Origin: Malacoraja senta
Taxonomy: Eukaryota
Length of the DNA stretch: 64,000 nucleotides
Assembly: GCA_038087875.1 (NCBI GenBank)
Contig: JAXLNO010000161.1
Location: forward strand, 62,001 to 126,000
Direction: 5' to 3'
In this document: positions 35,652 through 48,915 of the stretch, piece after piece
Position numbering within the stretch: position 1 is the first letter of the stretch
Layout: every line of letters begins with the position of its first letter
The notes under the pieces: model-generated
What the model was told of the DNA's origin: nothing
The model's database searches: none
The model's input: only the letters and a program-made list of their open reading frames with translations
Position numbers and translations under genes: made by a program

Positions 35652-36035
35652 AGAGAGGGGGGAGTGGGAGTGAGAGGGAGAGAGAGAGGAGGCAGAGGGA
35701 GAGAGAGAGAGAGGGGGGCGGGGGTGAGAGAGAGAGGGGGAGAGAGAGGGGAAGAGGGGGAAGAGAGGGGGGTAGAGGGGGGAGAGAGGGGGGGAGAGAG
35801 GGGGGGAGAGAGAGAGTGAGAGAGAGAGAGAGAGGGGGGGAGAGAGGGGAGAGAGAGAGGGGAGGAGAGAGGGAGGGGGAGAGAGGGGAGAGAGAGGGAG
35901 GGAGGAACTTATGAATCTATTCTCCTCAGTCTCTTCCTGACATTGTAGATGAGAAGATGTTTGTCCAATACGCCATGATCTGAGGAGCGTCCATTTTAAT
36001 AATCACCTGTATATGTTGCCTCATCTACCTGAGGT

Positions 36036-36113
<78 letters not shown>

Positions 36114-36116
36114 CAA

Positions 36117-36152
<36 letters not shown>

Positions 36153-36299
36153 GGAGAGGGAGAGAGAGAGTGAGAGAGTGGGGGGAGGGAGTAGAGAGGG
36201 GGAGAGAGGGTGGGAGGGAGGGAGAGAGAGAGAGGGAGGGGGAGAGTGAGAGAGTGAGGGAGAAAGAGAAGAGAGAGAGGTAGAGAGAGAGAGGCAGGA

Positions 36300-36342
<43 letters not shown>

Positions 36343-36356
36343 GAATTATACTGTCA

Positions 36357-36806
36357 TCTATATTACAAAAACTAAGATGTTGACCACTTTCTGACTTTCT
36401 GTTTCATGATTTCCGAAAAGACACACCGCCACTTACTGCCGTCATTTTTTGGCCACCTTCGCTCAGTCCCCTGACTGGACTGGAGGATTTTTCCCATCGA
36501 TGAAAAATCAGATAGTTATTAATGTTTTTTAAAATGTCGCCATTCTCGCTGTTGCCCCGCTGGCGGCAGAGGGGATGGACTATAAACCCGGAAAGTGTCG
36601 TGCCTCACTCAGTCTCTGCATTATGCAGGAAGTGAATAACACTGAACGCACGTCTACTCGACGGTGAGTTCCCCTCGGTGTGGTTATAAAGTGTTTTGCC
36701 AAATCTTTGTCTTGGCTTTTTAAAAGTTTTCAAAAAATGGATTGGTTGTAAAGTATTTGCCAAATTGCCTTGGCTTTTAAAATGTTTTCAGAAAATGGAT
36801 TGGTTG
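36357..36806 (+). mobile_element. Possible non-autonomous Helitron-like element 5' part (cut by the gap)
   Basis: Starts a|TCTATATTAC like Helitron 5' termini; the 3' CTRR end and hairpin are not visible. Confidence 0.35.
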
Positions 36807-37006
36807 NNNNNNNNNNNNNNNNNNNNNNNNNNNNNNNNNNNNNNNNNNNNNNNNNNNNNNNNNNNNNNNNNNNNNNNNNNNNNNNNNNNNNNNNNNNNNN
36901 NNNNNNNNNNNNNNNNNNNNNNNNNNNNNNNNNNNNNNNNNNNNNNNNNNNNNNNNNNNNNNNNNNNNNNNNNNNNNNNNNNNNNNNNNNNNNNNNNNNN
37001 NNNNNN
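36807..37006. other. Assembly gap (200 N)
   Basis: Run of N. Confidence 1.
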
Positions 37007-37322
37007 TCTCACTCTCTCCGTTTCTCTCTCTATATCTGTCTCTCTCTCTTTCTATTTCTCTCTCTGTCTCTCTCTCTCTTGTCTCTCTCCGTTCCTCTCT
37101 GTCTCTCTCTCTCTCTGTTTCTCTCTGTCTGTCTGTCTCTCTATCTGTCTTTCTTTCTCTCTCTCTCTGCGTCTCTTTCCTATATCTCTCTCTGCCCCTC
37201 TCTCTGATTCTCTCTCTCTGTCTCGCTCCCTGTCTCTCTCTATCTCTCTCTAGCTCTCCCTCTCTCTCCCTCTCCCGGTCTCTCTCTGCCTCTCACTCTC
37301 TTTCTCCCTGTCTCTCCTCTCT

Positions 37323-37391
<69 letters not shown>

Positions 37392-39133
37392 CTCTCTCTG
37401 TCTCTCTCGCTCTGTCTCTCCCTCTTCGGGTGTGTGTGTGTCTCTCTCTGTCTCTCTCTCTGTCTGTCTCTCTCTCTCTCTTTCTCCCTCTATCTGTCTC
37501 TTTCTGCCTCTCTGTGTCCCTGTCTTTGTCACTCTGTCTCTCTCGCTCTGTCTCTCTCTCTCGGTCTCTCTCTCATTCCGTCTCACTCTCTCGGTCTCTC
37601 TCTCTCCATCTCACTCTCTGTCTGTCTGTCTCTCTCTCTCTCTCTCAGTTTCTCTCTGTCTCTCTCTATTTCTCTCTCTCTCTCACCTCTCTCCCTCTCC
37701 CGGTATCTCTCTGCCTCTCACTCTCCTTCTCCCTGTCTCTCTCTCTCTGTCTCTCTCTCTCTCTTTCTCTGTCTCTCTCTCTCTGTCTCTCTCTGTCTCT
37801 CCCTCTTCGTGTGTGTGTGTGTGTCTCTCTCTCTGTCTCTCTCTCTCTTTCTCCCTCTCTCTCTCTCTTTATCTCTCCATTTCTCTCTCTCCCCCCCACC
37901 GTCTCTCTCTCTGCCTCTCTCTCTGTCTCACTCCGTCTCTCACTGACTGTCTCTCTCTGTCTCTATCTCTGTGTTTCTATCTCTGTCCCTCTTTCTGTCC
38001 CACTCTCTGTCTCTCTGGCTCTCTCTCTGTTTCGCACCGTCTCTCCGTCTCTCTCTGTCTCTCTGTCTCCATCTCTCTCTCACTCTCTCTCCGTTTCTCT
38101 CTCTCTATCTGTCTCTCTCTGTTTCTCCCTCTCTCTCTGTCTCTCTCTTTCTCTCTCTCTCTTGTCTCTCTCCGTTTCTCTGTCTCTCTCTCTCTGTTTC
38201 TCTCTGTCTCTCTCTCTCTCTCTGCCTCTCTCTCTCCTATCTCTCTGCCCCTCTCTCTGTCTCTCTCTCTGTCTCTCTCTGTCTCTCTCTCTCCCTGTCT
38301 CTCTCTATCTCTCTCTATCTCTCACTCTCTCTCCCTCTCCCGGTCTCTCTGCCTCACTCTCTTTCTCCCTGTCTCTCTCTCTCCCCATCTCTCTCTGTCT
38401 CGCTCTCTCTCTTTCTCTGTCTCTCTCTGTCTCTCTCTCTGTCTCTCCCTCTTCGTGTGTGTGTCTCTCTCTCTCACTGTCTGTCTCTCTCTCTCTCTCT
38501 TTCTCCCTCCCCTGTCTCTTTCTACCTCTCTGTGTCTGCCTCTGTCTCTCTGTCTCTCTCGCTCCGTCTCTCTCTCTTGGTCTCTCTCTCGCTCCATCTC
38601 TCTCTCTCTCTCGGTCTCTCTCTCTCCATCTCCCTGTCTCTCTCTCTCTCCGTTTCTCTCTGTCTCTCTCTATTTCTCTCTATCACTCTCTCTCCCTCTC
38701 CCTGTCTCTCTCTGCCTCTCACTCTCTTTCTCCCTGTCTCTCTCTCCCCTCTCTCTGTCTCTCTCTCTCTCTTTCCCTGTCTCTCTCTCTGTCACTCTCT
38801 CTATATCTCTCCCTCTTCGTGTGTGCGTGTCTCTCTCTCTGTCTGTCTCTCCCTTTCTCCCTCTCTCTGTCTATTTCTGCCTCTCAGTATCTCCGTCCCT
38901 GTCTCTCTCTCCCTCACTCCGTCTCTCTCTGTCGCTCTCTCTCGCTCCGTCACTCTCTCTCTTGGTCTCTCTCTCTCCGTCTCACTCACTGTCTCTCTCT
39001 CTCTGTCCCTCTCTCTCTCATCTCTCTTTCTCTCACTGTCTCTCTGCCTGTCTCTCCCCCTCTCTCTCTCCCTCTCTGTGTGTCTCTCTCTCTGTCTCTC
39101 CCTCTGTGTCTCTCTCCGTCTGTGTCTCTCCCC

Positions 39134-39166
<33 letters not shown>

Positions 39167-39206
39167 TCCCTCCCTCTCTCTGCATCTCTCTATCGGTCTC
39201 TCTCTC
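37007..39206. repeat. CT-rich cryptically simple array
   Basis: (CT)n with CTGT interruptions. Confidence 0.95.
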
Positions 39207-40625
39207 TGAGGAAATATTATATAATAGACATGCTCCGATAATACCTTTCGTGTGAGGAATTTATGTTAAGTTGCAAGATAACTGCTTGGAGTTGGGGTTT
39301 TCAGAAATATATGACACACAAAGAAATAAAGTGGAAAGAACACACACACAGGAGAACAGATGGCTTATCATAACATGGAAATGTTGATCTGAATAGCATA
39401 GCTTTGTTTGCTTTGAAGCAGCTATAACGCTGTCAGAAGTTGTATTTGGTTTAGTTTGGTGTTTAGAGTATATGTTGTTAATAGGGTCTCTTCACAGGAC
39501 ATGGGCACCATTTGTCCTTTCTTTGTGACACATCTTTGAGCTCTGGTGTGTCATAGGGAAGATTTATGGTTGTCTATATTGGGTCTTGGGCAGCAAGGCT
39601 AGATAATAGGCTGTGATCTGGTTTGTGTTGTTTAATTGTATTTATGTTGAGATAAGAGATAAGGGACAAGTGATGGTTGTGTGCCCTTTGTATAAGGGTG
39701 ATTTCTTATGTTTATAGAAAACTGAGAAAGTAACTGTTTTGATAATCTTCCATTTGCTGTGTGGAATGCTATTAGTGGGGGTCGTAAAGAGGCCTTACAT
39801 TCCTTACGTCCAGAGATAGAAGGGGGAGGTTGCAATTCAGAATGAAACTAGACCCGAGCTTGGTAAGAAGCAATTGTTATTTATCAAGTGTGACACTAGA
39901 TGGCCTTTGTGTGGTTGGAGTTGGGAATTGTGTAATTAGAAGTAACTTTAAGTAACTATAAGTCTTTACCAAAACTCATATTTAATCAGTAAGTAACTGT
40001 ATTTTAACTATATAGTTGTAGAGACATTATTTGTGAAGTGTATTGTGTTTTAAATTTAAAAATTTTTATTTAATTATTATTTTTAAAAATTTAGGATTGT
40101 AAGTATTAGACTTTGTTTAAATCTGAAGTTTTAGAAATAACTTTCTTTTCCAAAAGTGTTTTGTGTGTATGTATTGTATGATTGCTGTATGATGTGTATT
40201 TTATATTCTGAGTGGTGGTCTCTGAGAATTAATTTTATATTTCTGTGGTTTAACTTCATTGAAATGAAATGATTTTGAGCGAAGAGGGTAAAGAAAACCG
40301 CAGAGGGAGGAAGGGTTGTAAAGAGGCCAGAAAATGGAAAATCATGTTACTACACGTGTTGTCAATCACCGGAAAGGATTTAGTTGATTGGTTAATGCAA
40401 ATAATCTAATGTATGGTAAACAATAATGATTGGTTAATAGTTTGCCACTCGTTCTTACCATAATGTGTTAAGTTTGTACGTCATTAGTTCTTTGGACCTG
40501 CCCCAGCGTCTCCAGCTCTGTGTTGGAAGGTTTAAAGAATTATCCAGCGCTGTCAGAATAAAGAATCGATTTCAACAGCAACACGAGTTTGAATCAAGTT
40601 CTCTTGAATAGGAATGACAAAAAAA

Positions 40626-40628
<3 letters not shown>
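39207..40628 (+). other. Unique AT-rich island, possibly an ERV-type solo LTR
   Basis: Starts with TG; near its end ccagcgctgtcagAATAAAg resembles an R/U5 polyA region. No TSD or partner LTR was found. Confidence 0.3.
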
Positions 40629-40724
<96 letters not shown>

Positions 40725-42886
40725 ATAGACAGAGAATGAGAGAGACAGAGAGCGACAGAGAGAGATAGTAAGAGAGAGAGGGAGAGAGAGAGTGACAGAG
40801 AGAGTGAGAGACGGAGAGTGGGACAGAGAGTGGGACAGAGGGAGCGACAGACAGAAAGAGAGATAGTGAGAGGTAGTGAGAGAGAGAGGAGAGAGAGAGA
40901 ATGACAGAGAGAGTAGAGTGAGAGACGGAGAGTGGGATAGAGAGAGGGACAGAGAGATAGACAGACAGAAAGAGAGAGAGACAGAGGGAGAAAGGGAGAG
41001 AGACAGAGAAACAGAGAGAGAGAGAAAGAGAGAGTGAGAGACAGAGAGATAGGCAGAAAGACAGACAGAGGGAGAGACAGAGAGAGTGAGAGAGAGAGAG
41101 AGCGAGAGAGAGAGAGAGAGAGGCAGCGAGGGGTAGGGAGAGACAGACAGACTCAGAAAGAGAGAGACACAGAGAGCGAGAGAGAGAGAGAGACAGGGTC
41201 GAAGAAAGAGAGAGAGAGACAGCGTGAGAGACGGAGAGAAAGATAGAGAGAGAGAGAGAGAGACAGTGGGACAGAGAGACAGACAGACAGACAGAGAGGG
41301 CGAGAGAGAGAGGGAGAGAGAGAGACTGAGAGAGAGACAGAGAGAGGGAGAGAGAGAGACATATAGAGAATGGGAGAGATAGAAATAGAGAGAGACAGAG
41401 AGAGACCATAGAGAGTGAGAGAGGCAGAGGGCGACAGAGACAGAGAGAGAGGTAGTGAGAGAGAGAGGGAGAGAGAAAGAGAGAGAGACACTCAGAAAGA
41501 TAGACAGAGAGGGGCAGAGAAAGAGACAGAGACAGAGAGGGAGAGAGAGAGTGACAGAGAGAGTGAGAGACGGAGAGTGGGACAGAGAGTGGGACAGAGA
41601 GAGAGACAGACAGAAAGAGAGAGAGACAGAGGGAGAAAGGGAGAGAGACAGAGAGAAACAGAGAGAGAGCGACAGAGAGAGTGAGAGACGAAGTGGGACA
41701 GAGAGAGGGACAGAGAGCGATACAGGCAGAAAGAGAGAGAGAGAGGGAGAAAGGGTGAGCGACAGAGAAACAGAGAGAGAGACAGAGAGAGTGAGAGACA
41801 GAGAGAGACCAGAGAGGCAGTGAGAGAGGGATAGAGAAAGAGAGAGAGACAGACTCAGAGAGAGACACAGAGAGGGAGAGAGACACAGATGCATCGAGAG
41901 ACAGAGATAGAGAAACAGAGAGAGAGACAACGAGAGAGACAGCGAGAGAGACAGAGAGAGACAGGGAGACAGAGAGAGGGGGAGAGAGGGACAGACACAG
42001 AGGGAGAGCGACAGACAGAGAGACTGAGACAGAGACAGAGAGAAAGACTCTGAGAGACAGGGAGAACCAGAGAGAGAGAGACAGTGAGAGACACACAGAG
42101 ACGGAGAGAGAGACAGACAGAGAGAGACACAGAGAGACCAGAGAGAGAGACAGAGGGAGAGAGAGGACAGACAGAGAGTGGGAGAGACAGACAGAGAGAG
42201 AGGCAGCGAGAGAGAGAGAGGGAGAGAGACTGAGTGAAACAGAGAGAGAGACACACACGGAGAGAGAAAGAGAGGGAGACAGAGCGAGAGGCAGCGAGGG
42301 AGAGGGAGAGACAGACACTCAGAGAGAGAGACACACGCAGAGAGAGCGAGAGATAGAGAGAGACAGGGTCGGAGAAAGAGAGAGAGAGAGGGAGAGAGAG
42401 AGACAGCGTGAGAGAGAGGGAGAGAGACGGAGAGAAAATGGACAGAGAGAGAGACAGAGTGGGACAGAGAGAGACAGACAGACAGAGAGGGAGACAGAGA
42501 GACAGAGACAGAGAGAGGGAGAGAGAGAGACAGATAGAGAGAGAGAGTGGGAGAGATAGGAAGAGCGAGAGAGACAGAGATAGACCAGAGAGTGAGAGAG
42601 ACAGACAGTGACAGAGACAGGGAGAGAGGCAGTGAGAGAGGGAGAGAGAAAGAGACAGAAACAGACTTAGAATGAGACACACAGAGAGAGAGGGCAGAGA
42701 AAGAGACAGACAGAGACAGAGAGAGAGAGAGAGAGACGGAGAGTGGGACAGAGAGTGGGACAGAGAGAGAGAGAGAGAGACAGAGAGGGAGAGAGACAGA
42801 GAGAAACAGAGAAAGACAGAGAGTGACAGAGAGAAAGACAGAGAGAGAGACAGAGAGAGACAGAGAGAGACCAGAGAGAGAGGCTG

Positions 42887-42919
<33 letters not shown>

Positions 42920-42984
42920 CACACTCAGAGAGAAACACACAGAGAGGGAGATAGAGAGACAGATGCAGAGAGAGACAGAGATAG

Positions 42985-43461
42985 ATTCCTGGGATGGCAG
43001 GACTTTCATATGAGGAAAGACTGGATAGTCTCGGCTTGTACACGTTCGAATTCAGAAGACTGAGGGGGGATCTTATAGAAACTTACAAAATTCTTAAGGT
43101 GTTGGACAGGCTAGATGCAGGAAGATTATTGCCGATGGTGGGGAAGTCCAGAACTAGGGGGTCACAGTTTAAGATAAGAGGGAAGACTTTTAGGACCGAG
43201 ATGAGGAAATCATTTTTTACACAGAGAGTGGTGAATCTGTGGAATTCTCTGCGACAGAAGGTAGTTGAGGCCAGTTCATTGGCTATATTTAAGAGGGAGT
43301 TAGATGTGGCCCTTGTGGCTAAAGGGATCAGGGGGTATGGAGAGAAGGCAGGGATGGGATACTGTTGGATGATCTGCATGATCATATCAAATGGCGGTGC
43401 AGGCTCGAAGGGCCGAATGGCCTACTCCTGCACCTATTTTCTATGTTTCTTTGTTTCTATA
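42985..43461 (+). mobile_element. CR1 LINE 3' fragment
   Basis: GLSYEERL..RRLRGDLIETYKIL..FFTQRVVNLWNSL; (ttctatgt)-like tail. Confidence 0.9.
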
Positions 43462-45306
43462 GAGATGGAGAGAGACAGAGAGAAACAGAGAGAGAGACAA
43501 CGAGAGAGACAGCGAGAGAGAGAGACAGCGAGAGAGAGACAGACAGAGAAACAGAGTGAGAGACGGACAGGGAGACAGAGAGAGAGGGGAGAGAGAGACA
43601 GACAAAGAGGGAGAGCGACAGACAGAGAGAGTGAGACAGAGACAGAGAGAAAGACTCTGAGAGACAGGGAGAACCAGAGAGGGAGATTGAGAGAGACACA
43701 CAAAAGGCGGAGAGAGAGACAGACAGAGAGAGGGACAAAGAGAGAGACACAGAGAGACCAGAGACAGAGAGAGACATAGAGTGGGAGAGAGAGAGACAGA
43801 GAGAGAGGCTGCGAGAGGGAGAGAGAAAGAGAGAGATAGAGAGATAGAGGAAGAGGGAGAGGGAGAGACAGAGGGAGAGGGAGAGACAGAGAGAGACGGC
43901 TAGAGAGATACCGATAAAGAGAGAGAGAGAAATTGAGAGACAGACAGACAGAGAGAGAGAGTGAGAGAGACAGACAGAAAGAAAGGCAGCGACAGAGAGA
44001 GAGAGGGAGAGAGACATTCAGAGAGAGCAGAGAGAGACACACAGAGAGAGGCAGCGAGAGAGAGGGAGAGACAGACAAACAGAGAGTGTGAGAGAGAGAC
44101 AGGGTCAGAGAAAGGGAGAGAGAGAGAGAGAGACAGAGTGAGAGACAGGGAGGGAGAGGGACAGAGAGGAAGAAGGAGAAGACAGACATGGACAGAGAGA
44201 GAGAGAGACATGGAGACAGAGAGACAGACACAGAGAGAGGGCGAGAAAAAGAGAGTGAGAGACAGACAGACAGACAGAGAGACAGTCAGAGAGCGACAGT
44301 GGGAGAGAGAGACAGAGAGAAATAGTGAGAATCAGAGAGAGAGAGATAGAGAGTCATAGAGAGACACTGAGAGACGGAGAGAGAGGACAGAGACAGAGAG
44401 AGACACGCAGAGAGAAAGATAGGGAGGCAGAGAGTGAGGCAGCGAGGGAGAGACAGACAGACTCAGAGAGAGAGACACAGAGAGAGCGAGAGAGAGAGAG
44501 AGACAGGGTCAAAGAAAGAGAGACAGAGAGACAGCGCGAGAGACAGAGAGACGGAGAGAGACGGAGAGAAAGATGGAGAGAGAGAGAGAGATAGAACAGA
44601 GACAGAGAGACAGAGAGGGAGAGGAGAGATAGACAGAGAGAGGGAGAGAGAGACAGATAGAGAGTGGGAGAGATATAAAGAGAGAGGCAGAGAGAGAGAC
44701 CATAGACAGAGAGTGAGAGAGACAGACAGAGAGAGAGGTAGTGAGAGAGAGAGGGAGAGAGAAAGAGAGAGAGACTGAGTCAGAAAGAGAGACAAAGAGG
44801 GGCAGAGCAAGAGACAGACAGAGAGAGAGAGTGACAGAGAGAGTGAGAGACGGAGAGTGGGACAGAGAGCGACAGACAGAAAGAGAGAGAGAGACAGGGA
44901 GAAAGGGAGAGAGAGAGAAACAGAGAGAAAGGCAGAGAGAGAGGGTGAGAGACAGAGAGATAGACAGAAAGACAGAGAGACGGAGAGACAGAGAGAGAGA
45001 CCAGAGAGAGGCAGAGAGGGAGAGAGAGAGAAAGAGAGAGAGAGACACAGAGAGGGAGAGAGAGACAGATGCAGGGAGAGGTAGAGAGACAGAGATAGAG
45101 AGAGAGACAGAGAAACAGAGAGAGAGACAACGAGAGAGACAGCGAGAGAGACAGAGAGAAAACAGTGAGTGAGAGACAGACAGCGAGAGAGGGGCGGTGA
45201 GAGACAGAGACAGAGGGAGAGCGACAGACAGAGACACTGAGACAGACAGAGAGAGAGCGAAAGACTCTGAGAGACAGGGAGAACCAGAGAGGGGACACAC
45301 AGAGAT

Positions 45307-45381
45307 ATAACCATATAACCATATAACCATAACAGCACGGAAACAGGCCATCTCGGCCCTTCAAGTCCGTGCCGAACATTT

Positions 45382-45412
<31 letters not shown>

Positions 45413-48385
45413 GTAAATTAAAAATAAAATACTTCCCCTAGTCCCATCTACCTGCACTCAGACCATAACCCTCCATTCCTTTCCCGTCCATATACCCATC
45501 CAATCTATTTTTAAAGGATAACATCGAACCTGCCTCCACCACTTCCACTGGAAGCTCATTCCACACAGCTACCACTCTCTGAGTAAAGAAGTTCCCCCTA
45601 ATGTTCCCCCTAAACTTCTGTCCCTTAATTCTCAAGTCATGTCCCCTTGTTTGAATCTTCCCTACTCTCAATGGGAAAAGCTTATCCACGTCCACTCGGT
45701 CTAACCCGCTCATAATTTTAAAGACCTCTATCAAGTCCCCTCTTAACCTTCTGCGCTCCAAAGAATAAAGACCTAACTTGTTCAACCTTTCTCTGTAACT
45801 TAGTTGCTGAAACCCAGGCAACATTCTAGTAAATCTCCTCTGTACTCTCTCTATTTTGTTGACATCCTTCCTATAATTAGGCGACCAAAATTGTACTCCA
45901 TACTCCAGAATTGGCCTCACCAATGCCTTGTACAATTTTAACATTACATCCCAACTTCTATATTCAATGCTCAGATTTATAAAGGCCAGCACACCAAAAG
46001 CTTTCTTTACCACCTTATCTACATGAGATTCCACCTTCAGGGAACTATGCACAGTTATTCCTAGATCCCTCTGTTCAACTGCATTCCTCAATTCGCTACC
46101 ATTTACCATGTACGTCCTATTTGATTTGTCCTGCCGAGATGTAGCACCTCACATTTGTCAGCATTAAACTCCATCTGCCATCTTTCAGCCCACTCTTCCA
46201 AATTGGCCTAAATCTCTCTGTAGACTTTGAAAATCTACTTCATTATCCACAACACCACCTATCTTAGTATCATCTGCATACTTACTAATCCAATTTTCCA
46301 CACCTTCATCCAGATCATTGATGTACATGACAAACAACAGTGGACCCAACACAGACCCTGAGGCACCCCACTAGTCACCGGCCTCCAACCTGACAAACAG
46401 CCATCCACCATTACTCTCTGGCATCTCCCACTCAGCCACTGTTGAATCCATCTTGCTACTCCACCATTAATACCCAACAATTGAATCTTCTTAACCAACC
46501 TTCCATGAGGAACCTTGTCAAAGGCCTTACTGAAGTCCATATAGACAACATCCACTGCTTTACCCTCATCAATGTCCCTAGTAACCTCTTCGAAAAATTG
46601 AAGAAGATTAGTCAAGCATGACCTTCCAGGCACAAATCCATGTTGACTGTTCCTAATCAGCCCCTGCTTATCCAGATGCTTATATATATTATCTTTAAGT
46701 ATCCTTTCCATTAATTTTGCCCACCACTGACGTCAAACTAACAGGTCTATAATTGCTAGTTTACTCTTCGAACCCTTTTTAAACAACGGAACAACATGCG
46801 CAGTACGCCAATCCTCCGGCACTATTCCCGTTTCTAATGACATTTGAAATATTTCTGTCATAGCCCCTGCTATTTCTACACTAACTTCCCTCAATGTCCT
46901 AGGGAATATCCTGTCAGGACCTGGAGACTTATCCGTTTTCATATTTTTTAAAAGTGTCCGCACCTCCTCTTCTTTGAATCTCACAGTTTCCATTGCTACT
47001 CTGCTCGTTTCCCTTACCTCACATAATTCCATATCCTTCTCCTTCGTGAATACCGAAGAAAAGAAATTGTTCAATATCTCCCCCATCTCTTTTGGCTCTG
47101 CAGATAGCTGTCCACTCTGACTCTCTAATGGACCGATTTTATTCCTTGTTATCCTTTTGCTATTAATATAGCTGTAGAAACCCTTTGGATTTACTTTCAC
47201 CTTACTTGCGAAAGCAACCTCATATCTTCTTTTAGCTTTTCTAATTTCTTTCTTAATATTCTTTTTACATTCTTTATACTCCTCAAGCACCTCATTTACT
47301 CCATGCTGCCTATAATTATTGTAGATCTCTCTCTTTTTCCGAACCAAGTGTCCAATTTCCCTTGAAAACCATGGCTCTTTCCATTTTTTACTATTTCCTT
47401 TCAACCGAACAGGGACATAAAGATTCTGTACTCTTAACATTTCACCCTTAAATGTCCTCCATTTTTCTTCTACATCCTTCCCATAAAACAACATGTCCCA
47501 ATTCACTTCTTTTAAATCCTTTCGCATCTCCTCAAAGTTAGCCTTTCTCCAAACAAAAATCTCAACCCTAGGTCCAGTTCTGACCCTCTCCATAATTATA
47601 TTGAAACTAATGGTATTGTGATCACTGGACCCGAAGTGCTCCCCGACGCATACCTCCGCCACTTGCCCTGTCTCATTTCCTAACAGGAGGTCCAGCACTG
47701 CCCCTTCTCTAGTAGGTACCTCTATGTATTGCTGCAAAAAACTATCTTGCACACATTTTACAAACTCCAAACCATCCAGCCCTTTTACAGAATGTGTTTC
47801 CCAGTCTATGTGTGGAAAATTGAAATCTCCCACAATCACTACCTTGTGCTTACTACTAATATCTGCTATCTCCTTACATATTTGCTCTTCCAATTCTCGC
47901 TCCCCATTTGGCGGTCTATAATACACCCCTATAAGTGTTGCTACACCTTTCCCATTTCTCAGTTCCACCCAAATAGCCTCCCTAGACGAGCCCTCTAATC
48001 TATCCTGCCAAAGCACTGCTGTAATATCTTCCTTGACAAGCAATGCAACACCCCCACCTCTTGCACCTCCAATTCTATCACCCCTGAAGCAACGAAATCC
48101 TGGAATATTTATTTGCCAATCACAGCCCTCCTGCAACCATGTTTCACTGATCGCCACAACATCATACTTCCAGGTGTCAATCCAGGCTCTAAGCTCATCC
48201 ACCTTTCTTACAATGCTCCTAGCATTAAAATATACACATTTAAGAAACCCACCACCACTTATTCTCTGTTTATTATCTTTTTCTTCTTTCTCCCCTACAT
48301 TTTGGGTCCGAGTGCTTACCTTCTCTGCCTCCTGCCTCCCACATTTTCCACTAGCTTTCTCTATATGGGTCCCTCCCCCCAACCG
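45307..48385 (-). mobile_element. CR1 LINE with essentially complete ORF2 (APE endonuclease plus RT), a few frameshifts
   Basis: YFNARSI, SETWL, GDFN, GSSDHN, KSPGPD, DFSKAFDKVPH, GVPQG and EYGVQFWSP; (ccatataa)n tail. Confidence 0.95.
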
Positions 48386-48757
48386 GGAGAGAGGGAGACA
48401 GACAAAGAGAGAGACAGAGAGAGAGACAGAGAGAGGCGGCGAGAGGAAGAGAGAGATAGAGAGAGAGAGAGACAGATGCACAGACAGAGTTAGAGACAGA
48501 GAGAGAGACAGACAGACAGAGAGGGAGAGAGACAGAGAGAGAGGCAGCGAGAGAGGCAGCGAGAGAGAGAGAGAAAGACAGAGAGACCGACTCATAGAGA
48601 GAGAGACAGAGTGAGACAGAGAGAGAAAGTGAGGGAGGCAGAGAGAGAGAGAGAGAGGGAGAGACGGGGAGAGAGACACTCAGAGAGAGAGATAGAGAAA
48701 GAAAGTGAGGTAGGCAGAGATAGAGAGGGAGAGACGGGGAGAGACGAGGGCAAACAT

Positions 48758-48915
48758 ATGTCCTGTTTGCCAGCTTGTTGACCGTCTGTGTTCCCATCCT
48801 GCAGGGTTTAGGAGCCGCTGCTGTGGACGGAGAGACGGGGTGGGAGCGGCCATTGAGGGCGGCCAGGGTGCCGGTCAGACCCACCCATCTGGTGGGGGAG
48901 TAGTGTCGAGGATGA
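48758..48915 (+). pseudogene. Orphan copy of the ZNF intron end / exon start (paralog of ~1662-1830)
   Basis: atgtcctgtttgccagcttgttgacc...cctgcag|ggtttaggagc...ggccagggtgccggt; no fingers follow. Confidence 0.8.

Noticed and set aside
36696..37253. ORFs spanning the X run
   Set aside because: They cross the assembly gap.
48386..48679. N-terminal extension of the 648-aa CR1 ORF
   Set aside because: It derives from the flanking GA array; CR1 sequence starts at ~48385.
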